The position numbers were made by a program, and so were the translations under genes. Source: Gemmatimonadaceae bacterium (GTDB lineage Bacteria; Gemmatimonadota; Gemmatimonadetes; Gemmatimonadales; Gemmatimonadaceae). Taken from it: 64,000 nt of DNA. Shown here in pieces: positions 1 to 9,058 of this stretch (positions are counted from its first letter, which is position 1; each line of letters begins with the position of its first letter). The notes under the pieces are model-generated. The model did not search any database. It was not told the origin of the DNA and saw only the letters and a program-made list of their open reading frames with translations. Where the stretch lies: NCBI GenBank assembly GCA_033763905.1, contig JANRJP010000072.1, forward strand, positions 1-64,000, given 5' to 3'.

Positions 1-1052
1 GCAATCGAGTGCACCGCGAAGAACTGACCGGGCTGGCGACCGCCCATCCCGAAGGAGGTCAGGATCGACAGCGACTGGCGGTCGATGATGTACACCCGCT
101 CGTTCTTGCCGTCCGCGAGGAATAGGTACTGCTGTTTCGCATCGCGGCTGAAGGCGATGTCCCACACGGCGCCGTCGCCAAGTGTCTTGGGCGCGATGCG
201 CGCTTCCTTCACGAACTTGCCGTCACGTTGGAAGACCTGAATCCGGTTGTTCTGGCGATCGCACACGTACACGAGGCCGTCCACGCTGGGTTCTGCGCAG
301 TGCACCGGATTCCGGAACTGCGGCGCCGGCGGTGCGTCGGGATTGTACGGGCCCAGGGCGCTGTCGGACGGCACGTTGCCGTAGGCACCCCAGAAGCGCG
401 TGATCGCGCCGGTGTTCATATCGATGACCGCCACACGCTTGTTGCCGTAGCCGTCGGACACGAACGCTTCCTGGGTGCCCTTATCAAACGAGATCTTGGC
501 GACGCGACCGAAGGCGTCCATCGAGCGGCTATCCGGCCCGCGTCCGGGCACTCCGATTTGCCGGACGAACTTGCCGTCGCGACCGAAGACGAGAATGTGC
601 GAGTCGCCCTGCCCGTTGCCGCCAATCCACACGCGGTCCATCGGGTCGATCGAAATGCCGTGGTTCGAGTTGGGCCAGGTATAGCCTTCGCCCTTTCCGC
701 CCCACGCGTTCACGAGGTTGCCTTCGGGGTCGAACTCCAGCACCGGCGGCGCGGGCTTGCAGCATTCACCAGTGGGCGGGTTCGCCGCAGCGCCGATCTC
801 GGTGCGCGCGTTCAGCGACTGCTCGCGGTGAATGATGTAGACGTGGTCGCGCGAATCGACGCCGACCCCGATCACCGAGCCCAGTACCCACTGATTCGGC
901 AGCGGCTTCGGCCAGAACGGATCAACCTCGAACGCGGGCGCCTTGTCCGCCTCGTGCTCGAGCGACGCCTCGAGCGTCGATTGCCCAACGAAGAGCGATG
1001 CGAGAACGACCACGAAGGCCGAGGCGGCAACAAGCGGGCGCAAGCGAGGCAT
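1..1052 (-). CDS. Secreted NHL-repeat beta-propeller, peptidyl-alpha-hydroxyglycine alpha-amidating lyase (PAL)-like; 3' end runs off the window
   Basis: Not in the ORF track (no stop in window). Manual translation from ATG 1052: MPRLRPLVAASAFVVVLASLFVGQ (signal peptide), FEVDPFWPKPLPNQWVLGSVIGVGVDSRDHVYIIHR, VSDGYGNKRV, VYVCDRQNNRIQVF. Confidence 0.85.
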   Translation of the reverse strand, partial: MPRLRPLVAASAFVVVLASLFVGQSTLEASLEHEADKAPAFEVDPFWPKPLPNQWVLGSVIGVGVDSRDHVYIIHREQSLNARTEIGAAANPPTGECCKPAPPVLEFDPEGNLVNAWGGKGEGYTWPNSNHGISIDPMDRVWIGGNGQGDSHILVFGRDGKFVRQIGVPGRGPDSRSMDAFGRVAKISFDKGTQEAFVSDGYGNKRVAVIDMNTGAITRFWGAYGNVPSDSALGPYNPDAPPAPQFRNPVHCAEPSVDGLVYVCDRQNNRIQVFQRDGKFVKEARIAPKTLGDGAVWDIAFSRDAKQQYLFLADGKNERVYIIDRQSLSILTSFGMGGRQPGQFFAVHSI

Positions 1053-1115
1053 AACGGGCTCGAGAGTGGCGACGTCCCAATCAACCCCCAGCCCGCCACG
1101 GCGTAAAGAGGCCAC

Positions 1116-2882
1116 TTGCCCCTGACGCGCGACCTGTGGACACTTGGGACTGTGCTCCGCCGGATTGCCTTTCCCCTGTTGCTGGCTATCGGCCTTGCTG
1201 CGCCGGTGGCGGCGCACGAGATCCCCGCTCGTGTGGCGCTGCAGGGGTATGTGGTGCCGCTGGCCGACCGGGTCCACGTGGCCCTGCGGCTGCCGCTCGC
1301 GGCGCTCCGCGACGTGGACTTCCCATTGCGGGCGGACGGGACGCTTGATCTGCCGTTGGCAGCGCCGCGCATTGAAGAGGGACTGCGCACCTGGGTGCTG
1401 CCGAGCGTACAGCTCGATGCCGATGGCGAGGCACGGGGCCCGTGGCGGCTGGCGACGTGGCGCGTGGTCGCGCCGGGCGACCGGGCTTTTGCAACGTGGG
1501 CAGATGCCCGCGCAGGATTCGCCGCGGGTACCCCAGATGCGTCGTTTCGATGGCAGGAAGCGACGGTTGACGTGCTGCTCGAGGTCGACGGCGCCGCGGA
1601 TCCCGGATCGCTCGCGCTCACGCCGAGTTTGGCGCATTTGGGCATTCGCACCAGCACCGTACTGACGCTCGTGATGCCAACTGGCGTTGAGCGGACGGTG
1701 CGGTACGTGGGTAACCCCGGCCGGATGGCGCTCGATCCGTCGTGGATCGCCGCTGCGATGCGTTTCGTGCGCGAAGGAGTCGGCCACATTTGGGGCGGCC
1801 TCGACCACCTGCTCTTCGTGCTCTGTCTCGTGCTGCCGATCCGCGGCTGGCGCCCGTTGGTGGCAATCGTCTCGGCGTTCACGGTGGCACATTCGGTGAC
1901 CCTTGGTGCCGCCGCCTTGGGATTCGTGCCCGATGTCGGGTGGTTCCCGCCGCTCGTCGAAGTGGCGATTGCGGCATCAATCGTGTGGATGGCGGTCGAG
2001 AACGTGCTGCTGCCGACCGAGCGACTCGAGCGACGGTGGCCGATGGCGTTCGCGTTCGGACTCGTCCACGGCTTCGGCTTTGCCTTCGCGCTGGGTGATG
2101 CGCTGCAGTTTGCCGGGCGGCATCTCGTGCCAGCGCTCGCCGCGTTCAATGTGGGCATTGAGATCGGACAGCTCGCCTTGCTGGTGCTGGCGGTACCGGC
2201 GCTCGCGTGGATTGGCCGGCGCGCATCGAGTGACCGCACGCTCGTCGTGGTTGGCTCCGTGCTCATCGGCCACACCGCGTGGCACTGGATGACGGCGCGA
2301 GGCAGTACGCTCGCGGCGTATGAAGTGACCGCCCCCGCGATAGACGCCCACTTCTGGCTTGTGGCGCTGCGCTTGGCGTTCGTTGGCGTGCTCGCGCTTG
2401 GGCTCGCGTGGGTGCTCCGCACGCCGTTTCGTCGACTCACCACCACCGCACCGCGAACGACGGGGCTCGGGCTGCTGCTGTGTGCCACGGTTGTGGGACA
2501 ACCGCTCGGCGCACAGGAACCCACGCGGACGACCGCCGACGGCGTGTACACGATGGGACAGGCCCAGCGCGGCAAGGATGTGTTCGCGGGAGCCTGCCAG
2601 TCCTGCCACGACGTGAACGCGCACGCTGGCCCCGCCTTCCGCACGAACTGGACGGGCCGCACTTTGGAGGCACTGTTCGAGTTCCTGCGCGCGTCGATGC
2701 CAAAATCCGACCCCGGCACCTTGAGCGATGCCGAGTACGTGGATGTGATCGCGTTCCTGCTGCGTCAGAATCGAATGCCCGCGGGCGGAGATCCGCTGGT
2801 GCCCGACCCTGCGCAGCTCGCCAAGATCCGTTTCGACACGAGTACCGCTCCATCCGGCGCCACGTGGCGCCATCGCCGCTGA
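1116..2882 (+). CDS. HupE/UreJ-family membrane protein fused to a C-terminal c-type cytochrome
   Basis: Signal peptide ending AAH-EIP; GVGHIWGGLDHLLF, AFTVAHSVTL, FGLVHGFGFA, FNVGIEIGQ (HupE/UreJ_2 motifs); C-terminal CQSCH heme motif with distal SMP Met. Start may be GTG 1152. Confidence 0.85.
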   Translation: MPLTRDLWTLGTVLRRIAFPLLLAIGLAAPVAAHEIPARVALQGYVVPLADRVHVALRLPLAALRDVDFPLRADGTLDLPLAAPRIEEGLRTWVLPSVQLDADGEARGPWRLATWRVVAPGDRAFATWADARAGFAAGTPDASFRWQEATVDVLLEVDGAADPGSLALTPSLAHLGIRTSTVLTLVMPTGVERTVRYVGNPGRMALDPSWIAAAMRFVREGVGHIWGGLDHLLFVLCLVLPIRGWRPLVAIVSAFTVAHSVTLGAAALGFVPDVGWFPPLVEVAIAASIVWMAVENVLLPTERLERRWPMAFAFGLVHGFGFAFALGDALQFAGRHLVPALAAFNVGIEIGQLALLVLAVPALAWIGRRASSDRTLVVVGSVLIGHTAWHWMTARGSTLAAYEVTAPAIDAHFWLVALRLAFVGVLALGLAWVLRTPFRRLTTTAPRTTGLGLLLCATVVGQPLGAQEPTRTTADGVYTMGQAQRGKDVFAGACQSCHDVNAHAGPAFRTNWTGRTLEALFEFLRASMPKSDPGTLSDAEYVDVIAFLLRQNRMPAGGDPLVPDPAQLAKIRFDTSTAPSGATWRHRR

Positions 2883-2905
2883 CGTCTTCTCTCACCGGAC
2901 TGCGT

Positions 2906-5149
2906 ATGCCGTCGTCGTCCCACCTCCTCCGTGTCGCGGCGCTTGCCGCCACCGGCATTCCGCTTCTGCTCTCCGCCCAGCGCCCAGCCGCCGCGCCTCG
3001 CGGACCGGTGATCCCCACGTCGTCGGCGCAGGCCACCGGCGCACCCGCGCCGGCGACGCAGCGCGGCAACGCACCGGGCGAATGGCGGTACTGGGGCGCG
3101 GACGCGTGGAGCACGCGCTACTCGCCGCTCGATCAGATCAACGCCTCGAACTTCAATTCGCTCGAAATGGCGTGGCAGTGGCCGGCGGGCGCCTTTGGTC
3201 CGGACGAGTACTACCGCACGACGCCGCTGTACGCGAACGGCCGACTGTTCACCGTCGCGACCACGCGCCGCGCCGCGATGGCGCTGGATCCCGAGACCGG
3301 CGAGACGCTCTGGATGTGGCGTCTCGAAGAAGGCATCCGCTGGCAAAAGGCGCCGCGCCAGTTCGCGGGTCGTGGACTCGCGTACTGGACGGATGGGAAG
3401 GAAGAGCGCGTGTTGGTGATTACGCCGGGCTACCACCTGGCGTCGCTCGACGCGAAGACGGGCAAGCCCGATCCCAAGTTCGGGAAGAACGGGATTGTGG
3501 ACCTGCAGGAAGGCTTGGGGCTGCCCATCGTACCGCTGGCGGTGGATGACTCTGGGCCGCTGATCATCTCGGATGCCGCGCCGCTCCGTCGAGCGAAGCC
3601 GGGGGAAGGCTGGGATCCAGTGAAGAAGATCGGTGCTGATGGTTCGGTGGGCATCGATCCCAAGTACGGGCAGATCGCCAACTCTTCGCCTGGCGTGGTG
3701 GTCGGGGATGTGTTCGTGCTCGGCAACAGCTCGATTCACGGCTACTACCCGATTCGGGCGCGCAATCTGCCGGGCTACGTGCGCGGCTTCGACATTCGGA
3801 CGGGACGACAGCTGTGGACCTTCAACCTCGTCCCGCAGCCGGGAGAATTTGGCGCCGAGACGTGGAAGAACGGCTCGAAGGTCGGTGACGAAGGCGTGGG
3901 CAAGAATGATCCGTGGGCGACCTACAGCGCCGACCCCGAGTTGGGCCTGGTGTACGTGCCGGTGGGTATGCCGCTGATGGACGAGTACGGTGGCCACCGG
4001 CCGGGTGACAACCTCTTCGGCAATTCCGTTGTGGCCATCGATGCCAAGACCGGCAAGCGGAAGTGGCACTTCCAAATGGTGCATCACGACATCTGGGACT
4101 ACGACACGCCGATGGCGCCGAACCTGCTGGACGTCACCGTCAACGGCGTGAAGCGAAAGGTGCTTGCCCAGGGCACGAAGCAGGGCTGGCTCTACACCTT
4201 CGACCGCGCGACCGGTGAGCCGATCTGGCCGATCGTCGAGACACCGGTGCTCAAGAGCGACGTGCCGGGCGAAGAGTCCTCACCGACGCAGCCGATTCCG
4301 ACCAAGCCGGCGCCGTACGCACAGCAAGGTCTGCAGGAAGGCGACCTGATCGACTACACCCCGGCCATTCGCGACTCGGCGCTCGCGCGCGCACGAAGCT
4401 GCCGAATGGGGCCGTACTTCATTCCTGCCGTGCTGAGTGACGGCTCGGGCCCGACGGGGCTCAAGTGCTCGTGGTACGCGCCGGGCGCCTCGGGCGGCGT
4501 GAACATCGACGGTGGTGCAGCCCACGATCCCGAAACGGGGATGCTGTATGTGGCGGCGCTGTCGGGGCTTTCGACGATCACGCTCCAGAAGGACCCGTGC
4601 AGCGAGTTCCGTTATTCGTCGCCCCGCGACAACTGCGGACTCATCGGCGCGCTGCCGCCACCGCCGGGCTACAAGCCGAGCGCGGATCGCGGCGGTGGCT
4701 TCGAGGGCCGCTCCCGTGTAGCGACGATCGGCGGCATCTCGATTCTCAAGCCGAAGGAACTCGGCGGCATCACGGCGTACGATATGAACACCGGCGACAA
4801 GCGCTGGTGGATTCCGAACGGTGGCTGGATCAAGCAGACCACGACCAACCCCCTGTTTCAGGGCGTGGAGCTGCCGCAGCGTCCGGCCAGCGGTCAGGCG
4901 CAGATCCTCAACACCAAGACGTTGCTCATCTACGGCACGGGCCGGAGCGGCGGTGTCCCGAACAGCCCGCCGCGTCTATTCGCCGTCGACAAAGCGACGG
5001 GCAAGGAAGTCGGTGCGGTGACAATTCCGAGCCGCACGACCGCCGTGCCGATGACGTTCCTGCACAAGGGCAAGCAGTACATCGTCTTCGCCACCGGACA
5101 GGGTTCGAATACGTCGCTGGTGGCGTTGCGACTGCCGGAGAAGAAGTAG
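2906..5149 (+). CDS. PQQ-dependent (quinoprotein glucose/quinate-type) dehydrogenase, exported
   Basis: WRYWGADAWSTRYSPLDQINASN, GHRPGDNLFGNSVVAIDAKTGKRKWHFQMVHHDIWDYD, PMTFLHKGKQYI; signal peptide from ATG 2906. Confidence 0.9.
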   Translation: MPSSSHLLRVAALAATGIPLLLSAQRPAAAPRGPVIPTSSAQATGAPAPATQRGNAPGEWRYWGADAWSTRYSPLDQINASNFNSLEMAWQWPAGAFGPDEYYRTTPLYANGRLFTVATTRRAAMALDPETGETLWMWRLEEGIRWQKAPRQFAGRGLAYWTDGKEERVLVITPGYHLASLDAKTGKPDPKFGKNGIVDLQEGLGLPIVPLAVDDSGPLIISDAAPLRRAKPGEGWDPVKKIGADGSVGIDPKYGQIANSSPGVVVGDVFVLGNSSIHGYYPIRARNLPGYVRGFDIRTGRQLWTFNLVPQPGEFGAETWKNGSKVGDEGVGKNDPWATYSADPELGLVYVPVGMPLMDEYGGHRPGDNLFGNSVVAIDAKTGKRKWHFQMVHHDIWDYDTPMAPNLLDVTVNGVKRKVLAQGTKQGWLYTFDRATGEPIWPIVETPVLKSDVPGEESSPTQPIPTKPAPYAQQGLQEGDLIDYTPAIRDSALARARSCRMGPYFIPAVLSDGSGPTGLKCSWYAPGASGGVNIDGGAAHDPETGMLYVAALSGLSTITLQKDPCSEFRYSSPRDNCGLIGALPPPPGYKPSADRGGGFEGRSRVATIGGISILKPKELGGITAYDMNTGDKRWWIPNGGWIKQTTTNPLFQGVELPQRPASGQAQILNTKTLLIYGTGRSGGVPNSPPRLFAVDKATGKEVGAVTIPSRTTAVPMTFLHKGKQYIVFATGQGSNTSLVALRLPEKK

Positions 5150-5152
5150 CGC

Positions 5153-6229
5153 TTACGGCTTGGGGAGTCGCTCGTAGCGCTTGAGCGCGCGCGGCCCGAC
5201 CTCGGCGCCGTACACGACGCCGCGCGCGTCGACCGCGACTCCCTCGGCCGCGCTGGTATTGCGCGTGTTCTCGACGGGATCGGGAATGAACGCGGTCACC
5301 GCACCGGTCCTTGCCGAGCCAATACGGATGCCGCGCTTCCACTCGGGGCGCGAGGGCTCAATGCTGCCGCTCTCGCTGTCGGCCACGTAGAGCGTGTCGT
5401 TGGCGTCGATCCACAGGCCGCTGGGCCGCGAGAACTGATACCACACGTCGAGCTCGCGCCCGTTCTGATCGAAGATCACGATGCGGTTGTTGCCTCGATC
5501 GCCAACGAACAGCCGCCCCTTGGAGTCCATCGCGAGGGCGTGAGGCTGATCGAACTGTCCCGGGCCTTTGCCCCAGCTGCCCCAGCTCTTCACGAACTTG
5601 CCGCGCTTGTCGAACTTGAGCACGCGCGCCGTCGCGGAGTCATTGGAGGCGTGGCCTTCGCAGACGAAGATGTCGCCGTTGGGCGCAGTGAGCACCGCAT
5701 TCGGCTGCCAGAAGTAGTCGCTGCCGCGCCCGCCGCCGGGAAGCCCGAGCGTCATCAACAGCTCGCCCGACGGCGAGAACTTCATCACTTGATGGCCGGT
5801 GATCTTGGCTGGCGCCGGCGGCAAGGGCGCGTCGGCGGGTGCGCCGCGCGGGCGCCGTGGCCGGTTGTCCTGACCGTCCACCACCCACACGTTGCCGTCG
5901 CGATCGACCCAGATGCCGTGCGGCCAGTTGACCAGACCGGCGCCGAAGGCGCGTACCAGCGTGCCGGTGGAGTCAAAGAGCAGAATCGGCGGCAGGTCCG
6001 AGCCGACGCAGGAGTTCTGCCCACAGCGCTCACCGACCCAGAGGCTTCGACCATCCTTGGCAATGGCCACCGCGCTGGTGGATCCCCAGGTGCGACCGTT
6101 GGGCAGTTTGGCCCAGCCTTCGACGGTGCGATACGGATTGGGCGCGTCGTTCGTCGGCGCGGTCTGTGCCCGGAGTGCGCCAGCGGCGCTGGCGAGGAGC
6201 AGCACGGCCGTGAGGGGAGTGCGGATCAT
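5153..6229 (-). CDS. Secreted NHL-repeat beta-propeller (PAL-like family)
   Basis: Signal peptide; WPHGIWVDRDGNVWVVD, GKGPGQFDQPHALAMDSKGRLFVGDRGNNRI. Confidence 0.85.
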   Translation of the reverse strand: MIRTPLTAVLLLASAAGALRAQTAPTNDAPNPYRTVEGWAKLPNGRTWGSTSAVAIAKDGRSLWVGERCGQNSCVGSDLPPILLFDSTGTLVRAFGAGLVNWPHGIWVDRDGNVWVVDGQDNRPRRPRGAPADAPLPPAPAKITGHQVMKFSPSGELLMTLGLPGGGRGSDYFWQPNAVLTAPNGDIFVCEGHASNDSATARVLKFDKRGKFVKSWGSWGKGPGQFDQPHALAMDSKGRLFVGDRGNNRIVIFDQNGRELDVWYQFSRPSGLWIDANDTLYVADSESGSIEPSRPEWKRGIRIGSARTGAVTAFIPDPVENTRNTSAAEGVAVDARGVVYGAEVGPRALKRYERLPKP

Positions 6230-7632
6230 TCTTCTTCCTCGTTGCGCGGCGTGCGCGGCGCCGTCTCGTAGGTTTGCGTGGGAAACGCGAACGCCTTCGC
6301 GAGCGCGGGGTCGCCGACGCGCCCTTCGACCCGAGACGCGATGTACTCGCTCACCACCGGAGCAAACTTGAAGCCTTCGGCTTGGCCGAGGCCGGCGATC
6401 CAGCAGTTCTGCGTGTCGGGCAGCAGGTCAATAATGAAGTCGCTGTTGACGCTGCTCTCGTAGTGACAGGCGCGCGTCTCATTGAGTGGCGCGTCGGCCA
6501 GCAACGGAAAGCGCCGAGCGAGCACACGACGCGCGCCGTCGATCCGGCTGTCGTTCGTCACGCGCGAGCTCTTGTCGGGGTCCTGCTGGTTGGGATCGGG
6601 CGGCAGCGGCGGTGGTGGCGGCGGCGCCTCAGCCCCCGGCGGTGGGGGCGGTGGTGGTACGGCGCCGCGCACGCGGAAGCCGCGCGCATCGAACGGCAAC
6701 GACGGCCATCCGGTCACGCCGGGGATGTTCCAACTCGGCAGATTCGGCGCCGAAAAGCGGTCGTCGCCAGGTGGGGTGGCGAAGTAACAGACGTGGCCGA
6801 TCGGCACTCGAGTTCGCGGCGCCATCAGTTCCGGCAGGAGCATTCGGAACCAGGCGCCCACGCACAACACGTACACGTCGCCGCGAATCACTGAGCCGTC
6901 CTGCATCACCAGGCCATCCAGCTGTCCATTCGCGATGGGTCCGAGCGTCGCCCGCCCGATCACGAGCTTCGCCCCCGCGCGCTGCGCCAAAGCCGCTGCC
7001 GCCTGCGTCGACGCACGCGCCCGCGCGACACCGGCACCGGGCTCATAAAGCGCAATGGTGGTATCGTCGGCGTTGATCACCGGCCAGCGCTTGCGGACCT
7101 CGGCGCCGTCGATCACCTCGAACGGCACACCGTGCGTCGTCCAGTATTCGCGCGTTTTCGCCAGGAACGGCTCGTCCTTCTCGCGCAGAATCACGTCGCC
7201 CGTCTTGACGAAGAAGCGCGCGCCAAAGGTTTTCGCGTGTTCAGCATCGAAGCGCGTCCATCGCGCGATCGCCTCGTGCGCCCACTTGGTCCAGTGCAGA
7301 CCGGCCCCGCGATCACCGTAGCTCGACCGTATGCCGCGCGTCTCGTCGCCGCTGGTCGAGCGGGAGTTGCCCGGGCCATAGGCATCGACGATCGTGACCC
7401 GATGCCCGCGACGTCGCAGCTCGAGTGCGGTGAAGCTGCCCCAGACTCCCGCGCCGAGGATCACCACATGGGACGCGGCGTCGCCTCGGCGCGCCGACGC
7501 GGATGGACCAGTCAGCGGGACGGCGGCGTCAGACGAGGACGCCCCCGCCAGCAAGGCGCCTGCGCCCACTCCGGCAATCTTGAGGAAGTCCCGGCGCGGC
7601 AAGGCGTCGGGCGTGTCGTTCGGATCAGCCAC
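6226..7632 (-). CDS. Tat-exported FAD-dependent oxidoreductase, sarcosine oxidase/DAO family
   Basis: Twin-arginine PRRDFLK; GAGVWG dinucleotide motif; STSGDETRGIR; ACHYE; GFKFAP; start set at GTG 7632; stop overlaps next ATG (ATGA). Confidence 0.85.
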   Translation of the reverse strand: MADPNDTPDALPRRDFLKIAGVGAGALLAGASSSDAAVPLTGPSASARRGDAASHVVILGAGVWGSFTALELRRRGHRVTIVDAYGPGNSRSTSGDETRGIRSSYGDRGAGLHWTKWAHEAIARWTRFDAEHAKTFGARFFVKTGDVILREKDEPFLAKTREYWTTHGVPFEVIDGAEVRKRWPVINADDTTIALYEPGAGVARARASTQAAAALAQRAGAKLVIGRATLGPIANGQLDGLVMQDGSVIRGDVYVLCVGAWFRMLLPELMAPRTRVPIGHVCYFATPPGDDRFSAPNLPSWNIPGVTGWPSLPFDARGFRVRGAVPPPPPPPGAEAPPPPPPLPPDPNQQDPDKSSRVTNDSRIDGARRVLARRFPLLADAPLNETRACHYESSVNSDFIIDLLPDTQNCWIAGLGQAEGFKFAPVVSEYIASRVEGRVGDPALAKAFAFPTQTYETAPRTPRNEEEE

Positions 7633-7744
7633 GCGTGGTCGGGTGAGGGGTCGTCGTACCTTGCGAAGATGCCACCCCCGCTGCGGACGGGCAATCGGCG
7701 TCAACGGGTTGAATCGCCGCACGACGTCGGACAGGTTCCACGTG

Positions 7745-8155
7745 ATGCTCCGTTTCCTTCCACAGGTACTGGCGCTCGGCCTGGCGGTCACCGCCACTCG
7801 TGCCGACGCGCAGTCGTCGTCCGGTGCGTATACCGAACAGCAGGCGGCGGTCGGTGAGGCCTACTTTCGGGGCTACTGTCTCGAGTGTCACGGGCCGAGC
7901 GATATGGCCAACGACACGTTCAAGGCCAAGTGGCACGGCCGGACCGTGTACGATCTCTTCGAGCGCCTACGGACGAGTATGCCCGACGGTGCGCCGGGCT
8001 CGCTGCCGCGACAGACCTACGCGGACATCGTGGCGTATATGCTCAAGCTCAACGGCGCCCCTGTCGGCTCGCTGCCGCTGAGTGCTGATTCCCTGCTCTT
8101 GGCCCGCACGCCGCTGACACTGCGTGCCACGGTCGTTCCATCCCCTACCCGCTGA
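7745..8155 (+). CDS. Periplasmic monoheme cytochrome c
   Basis: Signal peptide; CLECH; TSMP distal Met; similar to the cytochrome domain of the 1116-2882 fusion. Confidence 0.88.
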   Translation: MLRFLPQVLALGLAVTATRADAQSSSGAYTEQQAAVGEAYFRGYCLECHGPSDMANDTFKAKWHGRTVYDLFERLRTSMPDGAPGSLPRQTYADIVAYMLKLNGAPVGSLPLSADSLLLARTPLTLRATVVPSPTR

Positions 8156-8162
8156 GTGCCCT

Positions 8163-8597
8163 ATGCGCCGTGTCCTTCCCGTGCTTGCCCTTGTTGTCTC
8201 GGCGATGTCGCTCGAAGCCCAGCAGGATCCTCGCACGCTGATCGTGCCTGAAGGACAGCGCCCCAACCCCGTACTGTCTCCGGCCTTGGTGGTGGACAAC
8301 ATCGTCTATGCGTCCGGCCAGCTCGGGATGGGGCCTGACACGACGATTCAGGGCCAGACCAAGCGCACGCTCGAGAACATCAAGCGCGTGTTCGACGCGG
8401 CGGGCGCCAAGATGGAGCACACGATCAAGTGCACGGTGTTCCTGGTGGATGTGGCGGATTTCGGCCCGATGAACGAGGTGTACCGGACCTTCTTTGGCCC
8501 CGTGCCGCCGGCGCGGTCGACGGTGGTGGTGAAGGAACTCGTGGTGAAGGGCGCGAAGATCGAGATCGAGTGCTTGGGGGCGAAGCCGCGAAGCTAG
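8163..8597 (+). CDS. RidA/YjgF-family enamine/imine deaminase with N-terminal signal peptide
   Basis: YASGQLG, MNEVYRTFF, PPARSTV (catalytic Arg), KIEIE; leader MRRVLPVLALVVSAMSLEA-Q. Confidence 0.9.
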   Translation: MRRVLPVLALVVSAMSLEAQQDPRTLIVPEGQRPNPVLSPALVVDNIVYASGQLGMGPDTTIQGQTKRTLENIKRVFDAAGAKMEHTIKCTVFLVDVADFGPMNEVYRTFFGPVPPARSTVVVKELVVKGAKIEIECLGAKPRS

Positions 8598-9058
8598 GGG
8601 ACCTTCGCGGCACGCACGAGCGAGTACCGGCGCGGGCGGGAATCATTCGGGCTCCCGCGCCAGAGGGTGGCCGTCCACGTCGAGTCGGATGTCCGACGCC
8701 AGGTGAAGCCGTTTTCGGCGCGACCCTGCGGGGCAAACATTGCGCTGTCAGCGCTGACGGCTGTCAACGTCCAACGCCACTCACCGTCTCCCGACGTCAC
8801 GACCCCGCGCCGGAGGCGAATTGCGCCGCTGTCCGACGGCGCGATGTCGGTCGGCTTCGTGTAGGTGTACGATCGCATCGTTGAATCGTCGAGCACGGCG
8901 TAGGCCTCACCAAACATCGCGCCGTCCTCACCCGTGCCCGTCCAGCGGCCTTCCAGCCAACGAAGCATACGGAACTGATCGCCTGTCACGTGCAGCGACG
9001 GCGTGGGCCGCGGCGTACAGGACAGGAGTGCACAGACGGCAAGCAACGCGTGTCGCAT
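8594..9058 (-). CDS. Small exported beta-rich protein (DUF6265-like)
   Basis: Leader with LLSC; LRWLEGRWTG; 3' part of the 8594-10492 ORF; abuts the CPBP stop. Confidence 0.6.
   Translation of the reverse strand: MRHALLAVCALLSCTPRPTPSLHVTGDQFRMLRWLEGRWTGTGEDGAMFGEAYAVLDDSTMRSYTYTKPTDIAPSDSGAIRLRRGVVTSGDGEWRWTLTAVSADSAMFAPQGRAENGFTWRRTSDSTWTATLWRGSPNDSRPRRYSLVRAAKVP

Noticed and set aside
228..1106. 292-aa plus-strand ORF
   Set aside because: Antisense shadow of the minus-strand NHL gene; no family motifs
2906..5149. WDYD motif suggesting a lanthanide-dependent PQQ enzyme
   Set aside because: HHD.WD.D is also normal in glucose/quinate-type quinoproteins, and no adjacent Cys-Cys of the XoxF/PedH type is seen, so it is not diagnostic
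6595..6660. GGC/GGT-rich repeat, and GAC/GAT runs at 20865-20880, 21303-21332 and 23210-23250
   Set aside because: Coding low-complexity (poly-Pro, poly-Asp), not CRISPR or DNA-level repeats
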